Shown here piece after piece: positions 8,978 to 18,946 of a stretch of 64,000 bases of DNA (within the stretch, counting starts at the first letter, position 1; the number at the start of each line of letters is the position of its first letter). The translations under genes and the position numbers were made by a program. Source of the DNA: Candidatus Omnitrophota bacterium (lineage in GTDB: Bacteria > Omnitrophota > Gorgyraeia > Gygaellales > Profunditerraquicolaceae); contig JBEKSD010000001.1 of assembly GCA_049517335.1 (NCBI GenBank), positions 92,776 to 156,775 of the forward strand, written 5' to 3'. The notes under the pieces are model-generated. The model did no database searches, had not been told where the DNA came from, and worked only from the letters and a program-made list of their open reading frames with translations.

Positions 8978-10229
8978 AATAATCAAAGACAAAATCCGTA
9001 AACAGTTTATCGCAAAGCATTCCAGCCTATTCGTTGATGAGAAGGCTGATTCGGGAGAGATAAGGAATGCGATAGCTTATTTGTTGGATGATACGATAAT
9101 GCGCGAGCATATGAAGGTGTCCGAAGAAGATAAAATGAGGGTTATTAACGAGCTAAGCGATGAATTTAGCGGCTTAGGCCCGATAGAGAACCTCGTAAAA
9201 GACCCAGATATAACTGAAATCATGATTAACGGTCCGCAGAAAGTTTACATTGAAAAACACGGGGAGACGAAATTATCAGAGGTGACTTTTGATAATGAAC
9301 AGCAGTTGATGGCCCTTATATATAAAATACTTGCTCCGACAAGGCGCAGGGTAGATGAATCATACCCTTACACGGATGTTTCAATGAAGGACGGCTCCCG
9401 CGTTAATATCATTATCCCTCCTTTGGCATTAAACGGGCCGACTGTCACAATCAGGAAGTTTTCCAAAGAGATACGTACGGTGGAAGATTTGGTAAAACTC
9501 AACACCATGGATAAGCGCATGGCTGATTTTATGGTTAATTGTATCAAGGCTAAAGCAAATATAATTTTTTCCGGCGCAACCGGCTCAGGTAAAACTACTA
9601 CTGTCGGGGTCCTCTCAGCTTATATCGAAGAGAAAGAGCGTATCGTTACCATTGAGGACACTGCGGAGCTTCATTTTAATCAGGAGCACGTAGTCCGGCT
9701 TGAGGCGCGCACTCCGAATATAGAAGGTAAAGGCGAAGTTACCATCAGGGATTTGTTCAAAAACTGTTTACGTATGCGGCCGGAAAGGATTATTTTGGGG
9801 GAAATCAGAAGCTCGGAAGCATTGGATATGCTGCAGGCGATTTGTTCCGGGCACACCGGCTCATTAGCGGTTTTACACGCTAATTCCCCGCAGGAAGTAA
9901 TCTACCGGCTTGAGACCATGATTTTATCTTCAGGGGTACCCATTAGTTTAGCGGCAATCCACCGCCAGATTGCCGCCGCAGTACATTTAATCATCCAGCA
10001 GGAACAGCTCATTGACGGGATAAGAAAAATAACCCATATTACTCAGGTCAACGGCTTAAAGGACGGGCAGGCTAATTTGGAGGATTTATTCTTATATGAT
10101 ATTGAAAGCATAGACGATAAGGGAAAAGTGAAAGGCAGATGGAGGGCAACCGGAGTAAAGCCCGTTTTCATGGGGATATTCAAAAAAGCAGGGATTAATT
10201 TAGGGGAGGAAATCTTTAAAAAGGATTAA
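8970..10229 (+). CDS. CpaF/TadA-family type II/IV secretion ATPase
   Basis: Walker A FSGATGSGKTTT, Asp/His boxes (ERIILGEIR, SGHTGSLAVLHANS), and the overall architecture of Flp-pilus assembly ATPases. It overlaps the ispG stop by 8 nt. Confidence 0.8.
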   Translation: MVRIIKDKIRKQFIAKHSSLFVDEKADSGEIRNAIAYLLDDTIMREHMKVSEEDKMRVINELSDEFSGLGPIENLVKDPDITEIMINGPQKVYIEKHGETKLSEVTFDNEQQLMALIYKILAPTRRRVDESYPYTDVSMKDGSRVNIIIPPLALNGPTVTIRKFSKEIRTVEDLVKLNTMDKRMADFMVNCIKAKANIIFSGATGSGKTTTVGVLSAYIEEKERIVTIEDTAELHFNQEHVVRLEARTPNIEGKGEVTIRDLFKNCLRMRPERIILGEIRSSEALDMLQAICSGHTGSLAVLHANSPQEVIYRLETMILSSGVPISLAAIHRQIAAAVHLIIQQEQLIDGIRKITHITQVNGLKDGQANLEDLFLYDIESIDDKGKVKGRWRATGVKPVFMGIFKKAGINLGEEIFKKD

Positions 10230-10230
10230 T

Positions 10231-11496
10231 ATGCGCTGGAGAAAAACTTTCATACCCACATTAAAAGAAGTACCGCAGGAAGCGGAGTCAGTCAGTCATC
10301 AGTTGTTGTTGCGCGCGGGCCTCATACGTATGCTTATGGCAGGCAGTTATTCTTACCTGCCGCTGGGCCTTAAGGTATTGAGCAACGTTGAGATGATTAT
10401 CAGGCAGGAAATGCAGGCAATAGGAGCTGCTGAGCTGCTCCTGCCGGCATTGCAGCCTTTGGAATTGTGGCAAAAAACAGGCCGGGATAAGGATATCGGA
10501 GAAGTAATGTTTAAGCTTAAAGACCGGCGGGGAAGGAACGTCTGTCTTGGGCCGACACACGAAGAAATCATTACGGAATTAATAAAAAACCATATTTCAA
10601 GTTACCGCCAGCTGCCGCTTGTCCTCTACCAGATACAGACAAAATTCCGCGACGAAATCCGGCCGCGTTTCGGGTTAATCAGGGCCTGCGAATTTATTAT
10701 GAAGGACGCCTATAGTTTTGATTCTGATGAAGCGGGGCTGGATAAGAATTATGAGTTAATGTTTAAAGCTTATAAGAGGATTTTTAAAAGGTGTGGGCTT
10801 CATGTTTTAATCACCGAAGCTGATTCTGGGGTTATGGGAGGCAAGGTCTCCCATGAATTTATGGTTGCGGCCAAAGACGGAGAAGACAGGGTTTTGCTTT
10901 GCTCGGCCTGTTCTACCGTGGTAGCTTTTAAGGAAGGCCAGAACGAAACCTGCCCTAAATGCCGGAAAAAGGCGGATATAGTAAACGCAATTGAGGTAGG
11001 CCATATTTTTAAGTTAGGTGTAAAATACAGTAACGCCTTGGCTGCAAAGTTCCTGGACGCGCAGGGCAAGCAGCGCGATTGTATTATGGGGTGTTACGGT
11101 ATAGGGGTCTCACGCATGATTTCAGCCATAATTGAACAGAATAATGACCCGTCCGGAATTATCTGGCCCCAAGAGGTGGCTCCTTATAAAGTAATAATTA
11201 TAGCCCTTGACGTCACGGAAAAGAAGATTATTGAGAGCGCGGAATCTTTTTACAGGGAACTGGAAGAAAACAATATTGAGACTCTGTTTGATGACCGCGA
11301 TGAAAGGGCGGGGGTTAAATTCAAAGACGCCGATTTGCTCGGTATCCCGCTCCAGCTCATTATCGGCAAATCTTCGCTTAAAGACGACACGTTGGAATTA
11401 AAATTACGTAAGGATGGAAAAAAAATAGTCAAAACAAAAACGGAGATATTGGATGTAATAAAGGGATATATCCATGGACAGGCAGGCGGTTATTGA
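10231..11496 (+). CDS. proS: prolyl-tRNA synthetase (short form, no insertion/editing domain)
   Basis: Class II aaRS motifs (FRDEIRPRFGLIRACEF, GCYGIGVSRM) plus a C-terminal anticodon-binding domain. Confidence 0.85.
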   Translation: MRWRKTFIPTLKEVPQEAESVSHQLLLRAGLIRMLMAGSYSYLPLGLKVLSNVEMIIRQEMQAIGAAELLLPALQPLELWQKTGRDKDIGEVMFKLKDRRGRNVCLGPTHEEIITELIKNHISSYRQLPLVLYQIQTKFRDEIRPRFGLIRACEFIMKDAYSFDSDEAGLDKNYELMFKAYKRIFKRCGLHVLITEADSGVMGGKVSHEFMVAAKDGEDRVLLCSACSTVVAFKEGQNETCPKCRKKADIVNAIEVGHIFKLGVKYSNALAAKFLDAQGKQRDCIMGCYGIGVSRMISAIIEQNNDPSGIIWPQEVAPYKVIIIALDVTEKKIIESAESFYRELEENNIETLFDDRDERAGVKFKDADLLGIPLQLIIGKSSLKDDTLELKLRKDGKKIVKTKTEILDVIKGYIHGQAGGY

Positions 11497-11932
11497 AGAA
11501 CTGAAACTAATCATTGAAGGGTACTTAAAGGAAAATAATCTTGAGTTGGTGGATTTTGTTTACCGTTATGAAGGCAGGAACCTTATATTAAGGGTTATAG
11601 CAGACCGGCCCGAAGGCGGGATAACTATGGATGAATGCGCTCAACTGAACAGGCAGATAGGCGCCATATTAGACCAAAAAGACATTATTCAGGCAAAATA
11701 TATTCTGGAAGTTTCTTCCCCTGGGCTTGACAGGCCTCTGAAGAGTAAAAACGACTTTGCCCGCTACCTAAACAGGAAGGTCAAATTTTTCTTAAATGAT
11801 TTCATAAACGGTAAGCTTGAGTGGGACGGCGTAATCATCCGAACGGATGACAAATCGGTATACGTCGATATAGAAGGCAGTATTGTTGAGATATCTTATG
11901 CGAAAATAGCCAAAGCAAAACAGGTAATTTAG
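11474..11932 (+). CDS. rimP: ribosome maturation factor RimP
   Basis: LEVSSPGLDRPL motif, and the conserved rimP-nusA-infB order. Confidence 0.8.
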   Translation: MDRQAVIEELKLIIEGYLKENNLELVDFVYRYEGRNLILRVIADRPEGGITMDECAQLNRQIGAILDQKDIIQAKYILEVSSPGLDRPLKSKNDFARYLNRKVKFFLNDFINGKLEWDGVIIRTDDKSVYVDIEGSIVEISYAKIAKAKQVI

Positions 11933-11947
11933 GATTGGAGAAAAAAT

Positions 11948-13192
11948 ATGAGTCAGGAATTACTCGCAATTATTGAACAGATTGAAAGAGAAAAAGGGAT
12001 AAAAAAAGAAGTCTTAATACAGGCGGTTGAAAGTGCTTTATTGAGCGCGGCAAAAAAAGTTATTGATTTAAAACCTGAAGAGGAATTTAAAGTTGAACTT
12101 AATCCGGCAACAGGCAATATTAAAGCCTTCCGTAATAATGAAGAAGTGACTTCCATTGATTTCGGCCGCATTGCCGCCTCAACCGCGCGGCAGGTCATTA
12201 TCCAGAAAATGCGCGAAGCTGAGAAAGACGTGGTTTTTAACGAATTTCAGGGTCGGGTGGGGGAAATTGTCAGCGGTATGGTTTACCGTTTTGAAAAAGG
12301 AAATATCATCGTTGACCTTTTAGGTAAAGCCGAAGGCCTGTTGCTTAAAAGAGAACAATCGCCGAAAGAAGAGTTCAAGCAGGGACAGCGTATGCGCGCT
12401 TTTGTTTTGGAGGTAAAGAAAGAAGCACGGGGGGCGCAGATTATCCTTTCCCGCGCGCACCCTAATTTCGTCAGGAAATTATTTGAACTTGAAGTTCCTG
12501 AAATTTACGAAGGTATCGTGGAAATTAAATCTATATCCCGTCAGGCGGGCGAACGCACGAAGATCGCGGTTGCGTCCAAGAACGATAAAGTTGACTCGGT
12601 TGGCGCCTGCGTGGGGATGCGCGGTAACCGCGTGAGGAATATCGTCAATGAAGTGCAGGGGGAAAAAATAGATATTGTCCGTTACAGCGAGGATATCCGG
12701 GAATATATCAAAGCCGCGCTTTCGCCGGCAAAAGTAGCCGAGATAAAAATGGATAAAGAGAACAATAAAGCGGTAGTCATCGTAGAAGACGACCAGTTGT
12801 CTCTGGCAATAGGTAAGCACGGCCAGAATGTCCGTCTTGCTTCGCGTTTAGTGGGATGGGAACTGGATATACGCACTAAGACCGCTGCTAAAGAAGAAGC
12901 CGAGAAACAGGCGGCTTTGGCAGAAGTAGCTACGGCTAAAGAAACGCAGGAGCGGGAAGAAGTTCCTGTTGAAAAGCCGAAGGCTAAGGAGAAAAAAAAG
13001 AAAAAGAAAGCAGAAGCCGGTTTGCCGGAGTTACCCGGTATAGGAGAGAAGACCCTGGAAAGCTTAAAAGGTGCAGGTTATAAAAACGTAAATGATATCG
13101 TTAATGCGACTATTGAGGATTTGACCAAAATAAAAGGCATCGGCGAGAAGAAAGCGGAAAAGATTATCGCTGAAGCTAAGAAATTAAAATAA
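11948..13192 (+). CDS. nusA: transcription termination/antitermination factor NusA
   Basis: S1 and KH domains (GMRGNRVRNI, LAIGKHGQNVRLAS) and a C-terminal HhH region. The lysine-rich linker contains an A8 run. Confidence 0.9.
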   Translation: MSQELLAIIEQIEREKGIKKEVLIQAVESALLSAAKKVIDLKPEEEFKVELNPATGNIKAFRNNEEVTSIDFGRIAASTARQVIIQKMREAEKDVVFNEFQGRVGEIVSGMVYRFEKGNIIVDLLGKAEGLLLKREQSPKEEFKQGQRMRAFVLEVKKEARGAQIILSRAHPNFVRKLFELEVPEIYEGIVEIKSISRQAGERTKIAVASKNDKVDSVGACVGMRGNRVRNIVNEVQGEKIDIVRYSEDIREYIKAALSPAKVAEIKMDKENNKAVVIVEDDQLSLAIGKHGQNVRLASRLVGWELDIRTKTAAKEEAEKQAALAEVATAKETQEREEVPVEKPKAKEKKKKKKAEAGLPELPGIGEKTLESLKGAGYKNVNDIVNATIEDLTKIKGIGEKKAEKIIAEAKKLK

Positions 13193-13211
13193 AGTTGAAA
13201 GGCGAATTATT

Positions 13212-15344
13212 ATGGTGAAAGAAAAGAAAGAGAAACTTAAGGCCGTTAAAAAAACGCCTGCTGCGGTAAAGATGAAGAAGGCGCAAAGTGCCGCTAAGGC
13301 TATCAAGCCGAAGGCTAAACCTAAGGCTCATCCTGCAGAAAAGCCTAAGGTTAAGAAAGCCGCGATTTTAAAAGTGAAAGCGGTAAAGGCAAAAGAAGCG
13401 ATAGTAAAGTCGGCTCCGGTTCCGGTTAAAGTAGAGCCGCCAAAGCTTCAGGTAAAAGTTACACCCAAAGTTGAAATCAAGCCCCAGCCTAAAGTTGAAG
13501 CTAAGCCTCAAGTAAAAGTTGAAGCCAGGCCTCCTCAACCGGTCCCCGCTCCTGTTCCTATTACTGTTGTGCCTGAGCAGGAGACATTATGGGAACTGGA
13601 AATCCAACTGCCGGTAACCGTAAAAGATTTGGCAGTAAAACTACAGGAAAAACCCTCCGTTATTATCAAACATCTTATGGCTATGAAGGTAATGGCAGGG
13701 ATAAATCAGAATGTTGACGAAGAAACCGCAGCAAAAATTTGCCGGAAATTTGGCTGTAAAATAAAGAAAGCTCTTGGCAAAGAAGAGCAACTGTTGGGAG
13801 CGCATGAAGAGGAAGACAAGGCGAAAGATTTACTCGCGCGAGCACCCATAGTAACTTTTATGGGCCACGTTGACCACGGCAAAACATCGTTGCTGGATGC
13901 GATAAGAAAAACCAAGGTTGCCGATTCTGAGCACGGAGGCATTACCCAGCATATCGGCGCCTATCGCGTTAAACTTACGCACGGAGAAATTACTTTCCTT
14001 GATACACCCGGCCATGAAGCGTTTACCGCCATGCGTGCAAGGGGTGCTAGGATAACCGATATCGTAGTTTTGGTCGTAGCTGCGGATGACGGGGTAATGC
14101 CCCAGACTCAGGAAGCAATTGACCATGCCCGGGCCGCGGGAGTGCCGATAATCGTTGCCATGAATAAAATAGACAAACCTTCGGCAAACCTTGATAAAGT
14201 TAAGAAACAATTGCAGGCGGTTGACCTTACTCCGGAAGAATGGAACGGCAAGACCATTACCGTTGGTGTTTCGGCAAAGACAGGGGAAGGTATTGACAAT
14301 TTGCTTGAAATGATCCTGCTTGAAGCGCAGATGCTCGAGCTGAAAGCAAACCCGAAGCGCCTTGCAAAAGGAGTGGTAGTTGAAGCAAGAATGTCCAAAG
14401 GCAGGGGGCCGGTGGCAACGTTGCTTATAGAGAATGGTACCCTACATCTTAATGAGAATATCATCGTAGGCAATTTATACGGCAAGATCCGCGCTATGTT
14501 TAATGACCACGGTCAGTCGGTAACAAGTGCTGGCCCCGGGTTTCCGGTTGAAGTCTTAGGCATAAGCGGTGTCCCGGAAGCCGGTGAGCAATTCTTTGTT
14601 ATAGCTGATGAGAAAGAAGCCAAAGAACTGGCGCAAGCGCGCCTTGAAAAAGAGAGGCAGCAGCAGGTAAAGACGGCAAAGAAAATAAGCCTTGAAGATT
14701 TGCACGCTGAAATTATAGCCGGTAAAATTAAGGAATTAAAAATTATCATCAAGTCCGACGTTCAGGGTTCACTGGAAGCGATAAGAGATACGTTAGCTAA
14801 GTTGAACGTTTCGGAAATAAAAGTTGAAGTAATTCACACCGGGGTGGGCAATGTTAACAGTTCGGACGTAATATTAGCCATTGCCTCAAACGCTTTAATC
14901 GTCGGTTTCAATATTGAAGCGGATGAGCGGGCCAAGGAATTAATATCCAAAGAAGGGATTGACTTTAGGACGTATAATATTATTTATGAGCTGGCCAATG
15001 ACATCAAAGCGGCGGTTGAAGGGATGCTTGCGCCTAAATTAAAGAGGGTATTTTTAGGCAGGGCTGAAGTGAGAAAAGTATTTAAGCTTTCCCGTTCCGG
15101 AACTATTGCCGGCTGCTATATCACTAAAGGTAAGATTAACCGCAACAGTTTAGTTAACCTTATCAGGAACGGCGAAGTGGTTTTTGAAGGAAAACTTTCA
15201 TCCTTAAAGCGCTTCAAAGACGATGTCCGCGATGTGGCGGAAGGCTTTGAATGCGGTATGAGTTTAGGCGGTTACGACCAGATGATGGAAGGCGACATTA
15301 TTGAGGCGTACGAGATAGAAAAGATAGCCAGAAAACTGGAGTGA
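13212..15344 (+). CDS. infB: translation initiation factor IF-2
   Basis: Low-complexity KPKAKPKA N-terminus. G-domain motifs [20 protein letters not shown] and NKIDK. Confidence 0.9.
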   Translation: MVKEKKEKLKAVKKTPAAVKMKKAQSAAKAIKPKAKPKAHPAEKPKVKKAAILKVKAVKAKEAIVKSAPVPVKVEPPKLQVKVTPKVEIKPQPKVEAKPQVKVEARPPQPVPAPVPITVVPEQETLWELEIQLPVTVKDLAVKLQEKPSVIIKHLMAMKVMAGINQNVDEETAAKICRKFGCKIKKALGKEEQLLGAHEEEDKAKDLLARAPIVTFMGHVDHGKTSLLDAIRKTKVADSEHGGITQHIGAYRVKLTHGEITFLDTPGHEAFTAMRARGARITDIVVLVVAADDGVMPQTQEAIDHARAAGVPIIVAMNKIDKPSANLDKVKKQLQAVDLTPEEWNGKTITVGVSAKTGEGIDNLLEMILLEAQMLELKANPKRLAKGVVVEARMSKGRGPVATLLIENGTLHLNENIIVGNLYGKIRAMFNDHGQSVTSAGPGFPVEVLGISGVPEAGEQFFVIADEKEAKELAQARLEKERQQQVKTAKKISLEDLHAEIIAGKIKELKIIIKSDVQGSLEAIRDTLAKLNVSEIKVEVIHTGVGNVNSSDVILAIASNALIVGFNIEADERAKELISKEGIDFRTYNIIYELANDIKAAVEGMLAPKLKRVFLGRAEVRKVFKLSRSGTIAGCYITKGKINRNSLVNLIRNGEVVFEGKLSSLKRFKDDVRDVAEGFECGMSLGGYDQMMEGDIIEAYEIEKIARKLE

Positions 15345-16327
15345 TTATGACGAAGCGAATTTTAAGCGGGATGCGGCCCACGGGAAAACTTCATTTGGGC
15401 CACCTTGTGGGTGCTTTAGAGAATTGGAAAAAACTGCAGGATGAATATGAATGTTTCTTTATGCTGGCCGACTGGCACGCGTTGATGTCCGAATACGAAA
15501 ACCCGAAAGATTTAAAAGAAAATATGATTGATAATGCCGTGGATTGGTTTGCTTGCGGCATTGACCCTAAAAAGGCCACTATATTCATCCAGTCGCAGAT
15601 TAAAGAACACCTTGAGCTGCATATGGTTTTTTCGGTGATTACTCCTTTGGGCTTATTGGAGCGCTGCCCGACTTACAAAGAGCAACTGCGCGAAATCACA
15701 AATAGGGATTTAAGCACTTATGGTTTTCTGGGTTATCCGGTGCTTCAGGCAGCAGATATCGCTCTTTATAAGGCGGAACTCGTTCCGGTAGGCGAGGACC
15801 AGCTTCCGCATTTGGAGCTTACCCGTCAGATTATCAGGAAATTCAGCCATATTTATAAGGAAGATATTTTCCCCGAGCCTCAGGCGCTCCTGACAAAAGA
15901 GAAACGCCTGCTCGGGCTTGACGGAAGAAAGATGAGCAAGAGTTACAATAATTTTATCGCTCTTTCTGACGAAGCAGGGGTAATCCGTAAAAAGGTTCAG
16001 AGTATGTTTACTGACCCTCAACGTATCAGGGTGAGCGACCGCGGGCATCCTGAAAAATGCAATGTTTACGCTTATTATTCTATATTTGCGCCGGAGCAGA
16101 AAAAAGAAATTGACGAAGCCTGCCGCGCTTGCCGCATCGGCTGCACCGAGTGTAAAAAAAGATTGGGGGAGATATTGGTTAAATTCCTGGAGCCGATTGG
16201 TGAGAAAAGAAGAGAACTGCTTAAAAGCAAAAAAGATATAAAGGAAATACTGGAAGAAGGCTGCAGAAAAGCGCAAGCAGCCGCTCAAAGCACCATTTTG
16301 GAAGTAAAAAAAACAATCGGTATTTAA
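15341..16327 (+). CDS. trpS: tryptophanyl-tRNA synthetase
   Basis: Class I HIGH-like motif (KLHLGHLVGAL) and KMSKS. Confidence 0.9.
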   Translation: MIMTKRILSGMRPTGKLHLGHLVGALENWKKLQDEYECFFMLADWHALMSEYENPKDLKENMIDNAVDWFACGIDPKKATIFIQSQIKEHLELHMVFSVITPLGLLERCPTYKEQLREITNRDLSTYGFLGYPVLQAADIALYKAELVPVGEDQLPHLELTRQIIRKFSHIYKEDIFPEPQALLTKEKRLLGLDGRKMSKSYNNFIALSDEAGVIRKKVQSMFTDPQRIRVSDRGHPEKCNVYAYYSIFAPEQKKEIDEACRACRIGCTECKKRLGEILVKFLEPIGEKRRELLKSKKDIKEILEEGCRKAQAAAQSTILEVKKTIGI

Positions 16328-16330
16328 AGA

Positions 16331-17092
16331 ATGGTTTATAAAATAAAATTACAGATGTTTGAAGGCCCGCTTGACCTGCTCTTATATCTGGTCAAGAAAG
16401 ACCACCTTAATATCTATGATATCCCTATCGCCAAAGTGACCGAACAATACCTAGATTATATAAATTTAATGCAGCTTATGGATTTGAATATCGCCGGAGA
16501 ATTTATGGTCATGGCCGCTACGCTGATGCAGATAAAATCCAAAATGCTCCTTCCTGCGGAGCCTGTTGAGCAAGCAGAGGTGCAGGAAGACCCGCGCGCA
16601 GAACTCGTCAAGCGCCTGCTGGAATATGAAAAATTCAAGGAGATTGCCGAGAATTTAAGGAAACGCGAAGAAGGCCAGCGGGAAGTATTTAAGCGCCCGA
16701 ATACGGAAACGGAAAAAGAATTGAATAAGGATGATAAACCGGTTTATTTTGAAGCGAGCATATTTGATTTGATTAATGCTTTTTCAAGGGCGTTAAAGGA
16801 CGTGCCGAGAGAAGTTTTTTATGAAGTGATAAAAGATGAGTTTACCATTGAAGAAAAAGTACACTCTATATTGCACCTTTTACTGGTTGAGCCTTCGGAG
16901 CGCGTATCGGCATTATTCAAGAAGGCAAAGAACAAACTTGAAATAATCGTGACATTTTTAGCCATTCTGGAATTAATACGTATGAAGGAAATAGTTGCTG
17001 TCCAGTCAAATATGTTTGAGGATATAGAAATAACCAGGAACAAGGAGAATATTATACCTTATGAGCGAAGAGATCAGGCAGACACTGCTTAA
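16331..17092 (+). CDS. scpA: segregation and condensation protein A
   Basis: N-terminal FEGPLDLLLYLVKKDHLNIYDIPIAKVTEQYL is typical of ScpA. No scpB follows. Confidence 0.75.
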   Translation: MVYKIKLQMFEGPLDLLLYLVKKDHLNIYDIPIAKVTEQYLDYINLMQLMDLNIAGEFMVMAATLMQIKSKMLLPAEPVEQAEVQEDPRAELVKRLLEYEKFKEIAENLRKREEGQREVFKRPNTETEKELNKDDKPVYFEASIFDLINAFSRALKDVPREVFYEVIKDEFTIEEKVHSILHLLLVEPSERVSALFKKAKNKLEIIVTFLAILELIRMKEIVAVQSNMFEDIEITRNKENIIPYERRDQADTA

Positions 17093-18110
17093 GGGAAGCC
17101 CTCTAGTTAACTCTCAGGCGCAGGAACCGGAAGAGGACGTGGTTTTGAATATCTCTCTTAGGCCGAAGAATTTAGTTGAGTTCGTCGGCCACAAGGAGAT
17201 AGTTGATAACTTAAAGATTGCGGTACAGGCGGCAAAACAGAGAAAAGAGCCGCTTGAGCATGTGCTTCTTAGCGGGCCTCCGGGCTTAGGCAAGACTTCC
17301 CTCTCTCATATTATCGCCCATGAAATGAGCGCTAAGATTACCGCAACCAGCGGCCCGGCGATTGAAAGGGCAGGGGATTTAATCGGGATACTCACTAACC
17401 TTGAGAAGGGTGACATTCTTTTTATTGACGAGATCCACCGGCTTTCCAAGGTGGTTGAAGAATTTTTGTATCCGGCTATGGAGAATTTCCAGATAGATTT
17501 TGTCATTGATAAGGGTCCGTATGCTAAGACTATAAAATTTAACCTGAAACCCTTTACGCTTGTGGGTGCTACCACCCGTTCCGGCCTGCTTGCGGCACCG
17601 CTACGCGGAAGGTTCGGGATATTTTATAACCTTGATTTTTACAAGGTAGAGGATTTGGCAAAGATAATTAAACATTCCGCAAAAACTTTAGGCGTGGAAA
17701 TTGAGCCGGATGCGGCGGATGAAATTGCCAGGCGTGCCCGCGGAACGCCGCGTATTGCCAACAGGCTGCTAAAGCGGGTGCGCGATTATGCGCAGGTGGC
17801 TAAAATTGAAAAAATTAACCTTAAGGCAGCGGTGAAAGCGCTGGATGACCTTGGGATTGATAAGGCGGGCCTTGATGATTTAGACCGCAAGGTTTTGAAG
17901 TTAATTATAAATTCTTATGGTGGCGGGCCGGTTGGCGTTGAGGCAGTGGCTGCCAGCCTCAATGAGGAAGTGGATACGTTAGAGGATACAGTGGAGCCGT
18001 ATCTTTTGAAAGCCGGATATTTAAAGCGCACTTCGCGGGGTAGAGTTGCTACGCGGCTTACCTTTGACCATTTCGGATTAAAATACGACAAACAAGAAGA
18101 ATTGTTCTAG
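17061..18110 (+). CDS. ruvB: Holliday junction branch migration helicase RuvB
   Basis: LRPKNLVEFVGH, Walker A GPPGLGKTSL, DEIHRL, and the arginine finger region. Confidence 0.9.
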   Translation: MSEEIRQTLLKGSPLVNSQAQEPEEDVVLNISLRPKNLVEFVGHKEIVDNLKIAVQAAKQRKEPLEHVLLSGPPGLGKTSLSHIIAHEMSAKITATSGPAIERAGDLIGILTNLEKGDILFIDEIHRLSKVVEEFLYPAMENFQIDFVIDKGPYAKTIKFNLKPFTLVGATTRSGLLAAPLRGRFGIFYNLDFYKVEDLAKIIKHSAKTLGVEIEPDAADEIARRARGTPRIANRLLKRVRDYAQVAKIEKINLKAAVKALDDLGIDKAGLDDLDRKVLKLIINSYGGGPVGVEAVAASLNEEVDTLEDTVEPYLLKAGYLKRTSRGRVATRLTFDHFGLKYDKQEELF

Positions 18111-18207
18111 GGATTAATTATTTCTAATTTTGCTTCGGGTTTGTTCGCGCACAAAATTTTAATGTGTGCTTCACAAACCTTGCGCAAAATTATTTCAATA
18201 GCTGAAT

Positions 18208-18747
18208 ATGAAAATATTACTACATACCTGTTGCGCGCCGTGTTTGATTTATCCTTTAGCGCAGTTAAAGGATAATGGATTTGAGGTGGAGGGGTTATTT
18301 TATAACCCCAATATCCATCCGTTTACCGAATACAAAAACAGAAAACAGGCGATCGCTGACTTAAATAAAGATATTAAAGTAACTTTTCCGGATTATGAGC
18401 CGGCAGAATTTTTTCAGGCAATAAACGAGAAAGAATACGGCGGCCAGAGGTGCGCGATTTGCTGGAAGCTGCGCCTTAAAAAAACCGCAGAAGAAGCAAA
18501 AAAGAGCGGTTTCACTCATTTTACTACCACGCTTTTAGTCAGCCCATATCAAGATCAGGAACTGCTTAAAAAAATAGGGAATGAAACAGCTGCGGAAACA
18601 GGAGTTAAATTTTATTATGAAGATTTCCGGCCTGGTTTTCGCAAAGCGCACAATGAAGCAAAGCAGAAAGGCATCTACTGTCAGAAATATTGCGGGTGTA
18701 TTTATTCAGAAGTAGAGAGGTTTAAGAAAAATGCAGGAAATCGGTAA
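18208..18747 (+). CDS. queH: epoxyqueuosine reductase QueH (DUF208)
   Basis: MKILLHTCCAPC N-terminus and the Cys pattern CAICW..C..C are typical of QueH. queA and tgt lie downstream. Confidence 0.8.
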   Translation: MKILLHTCCAPCLIYPLAQLKDNGFEVEGLFYNPNIHPFTEYKNRKQAIADLNKDIKVTFPDYEPAEFFQAINEKEYGGQRCAICWKLRLKKTAEEAKKSGFTHFTTTLLVSPYQDQELLKKIGNETAAETGVKFYYEDFRPGFRKAHNEAKQKGIYCQKYCGCIYSEVERFKKNAGNR

Positions 18748-18946
18748 AATCCTGATACTATTCGGAATTATTTTAATCGGCGTAGGGTTACTTTTAACGT
18801 TTTATAACAAGATTCCCCTTATCGGCAAGCTTCCCGGGGATATCTTGATACAGAAGAAAAATTTTACTTTTTATTTTCCGCTGGCAACATCAATCCTTTT
18901 AAGCATTATTCTTTCTCTAATATTCTGGATATTTAACCGGAAATGA
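18731..18946 (+). CDS. DUF2905-like small membrane protein
   Basis: 71 aa with two TM segments and a GKLPGDILIQKKNFTFYFPLATSI motif. Confidence 0.6.
   Translation: MQEIGKILILFGIILIGVGLLLTFYNKIPLIGKLPGDILIQKKNFTFYFPLATSILLSIILSLIFWIFNRK

Noticed and set aside
12479-16288. Assorted antisense ORFs inside nusA, infB and trpS (e.g. 12479..12820-, 13830..14210-, 15710..16288-)
   Set aside because: They are shadow ORFs within strongly supported essential genes, and none has recognisable domains.
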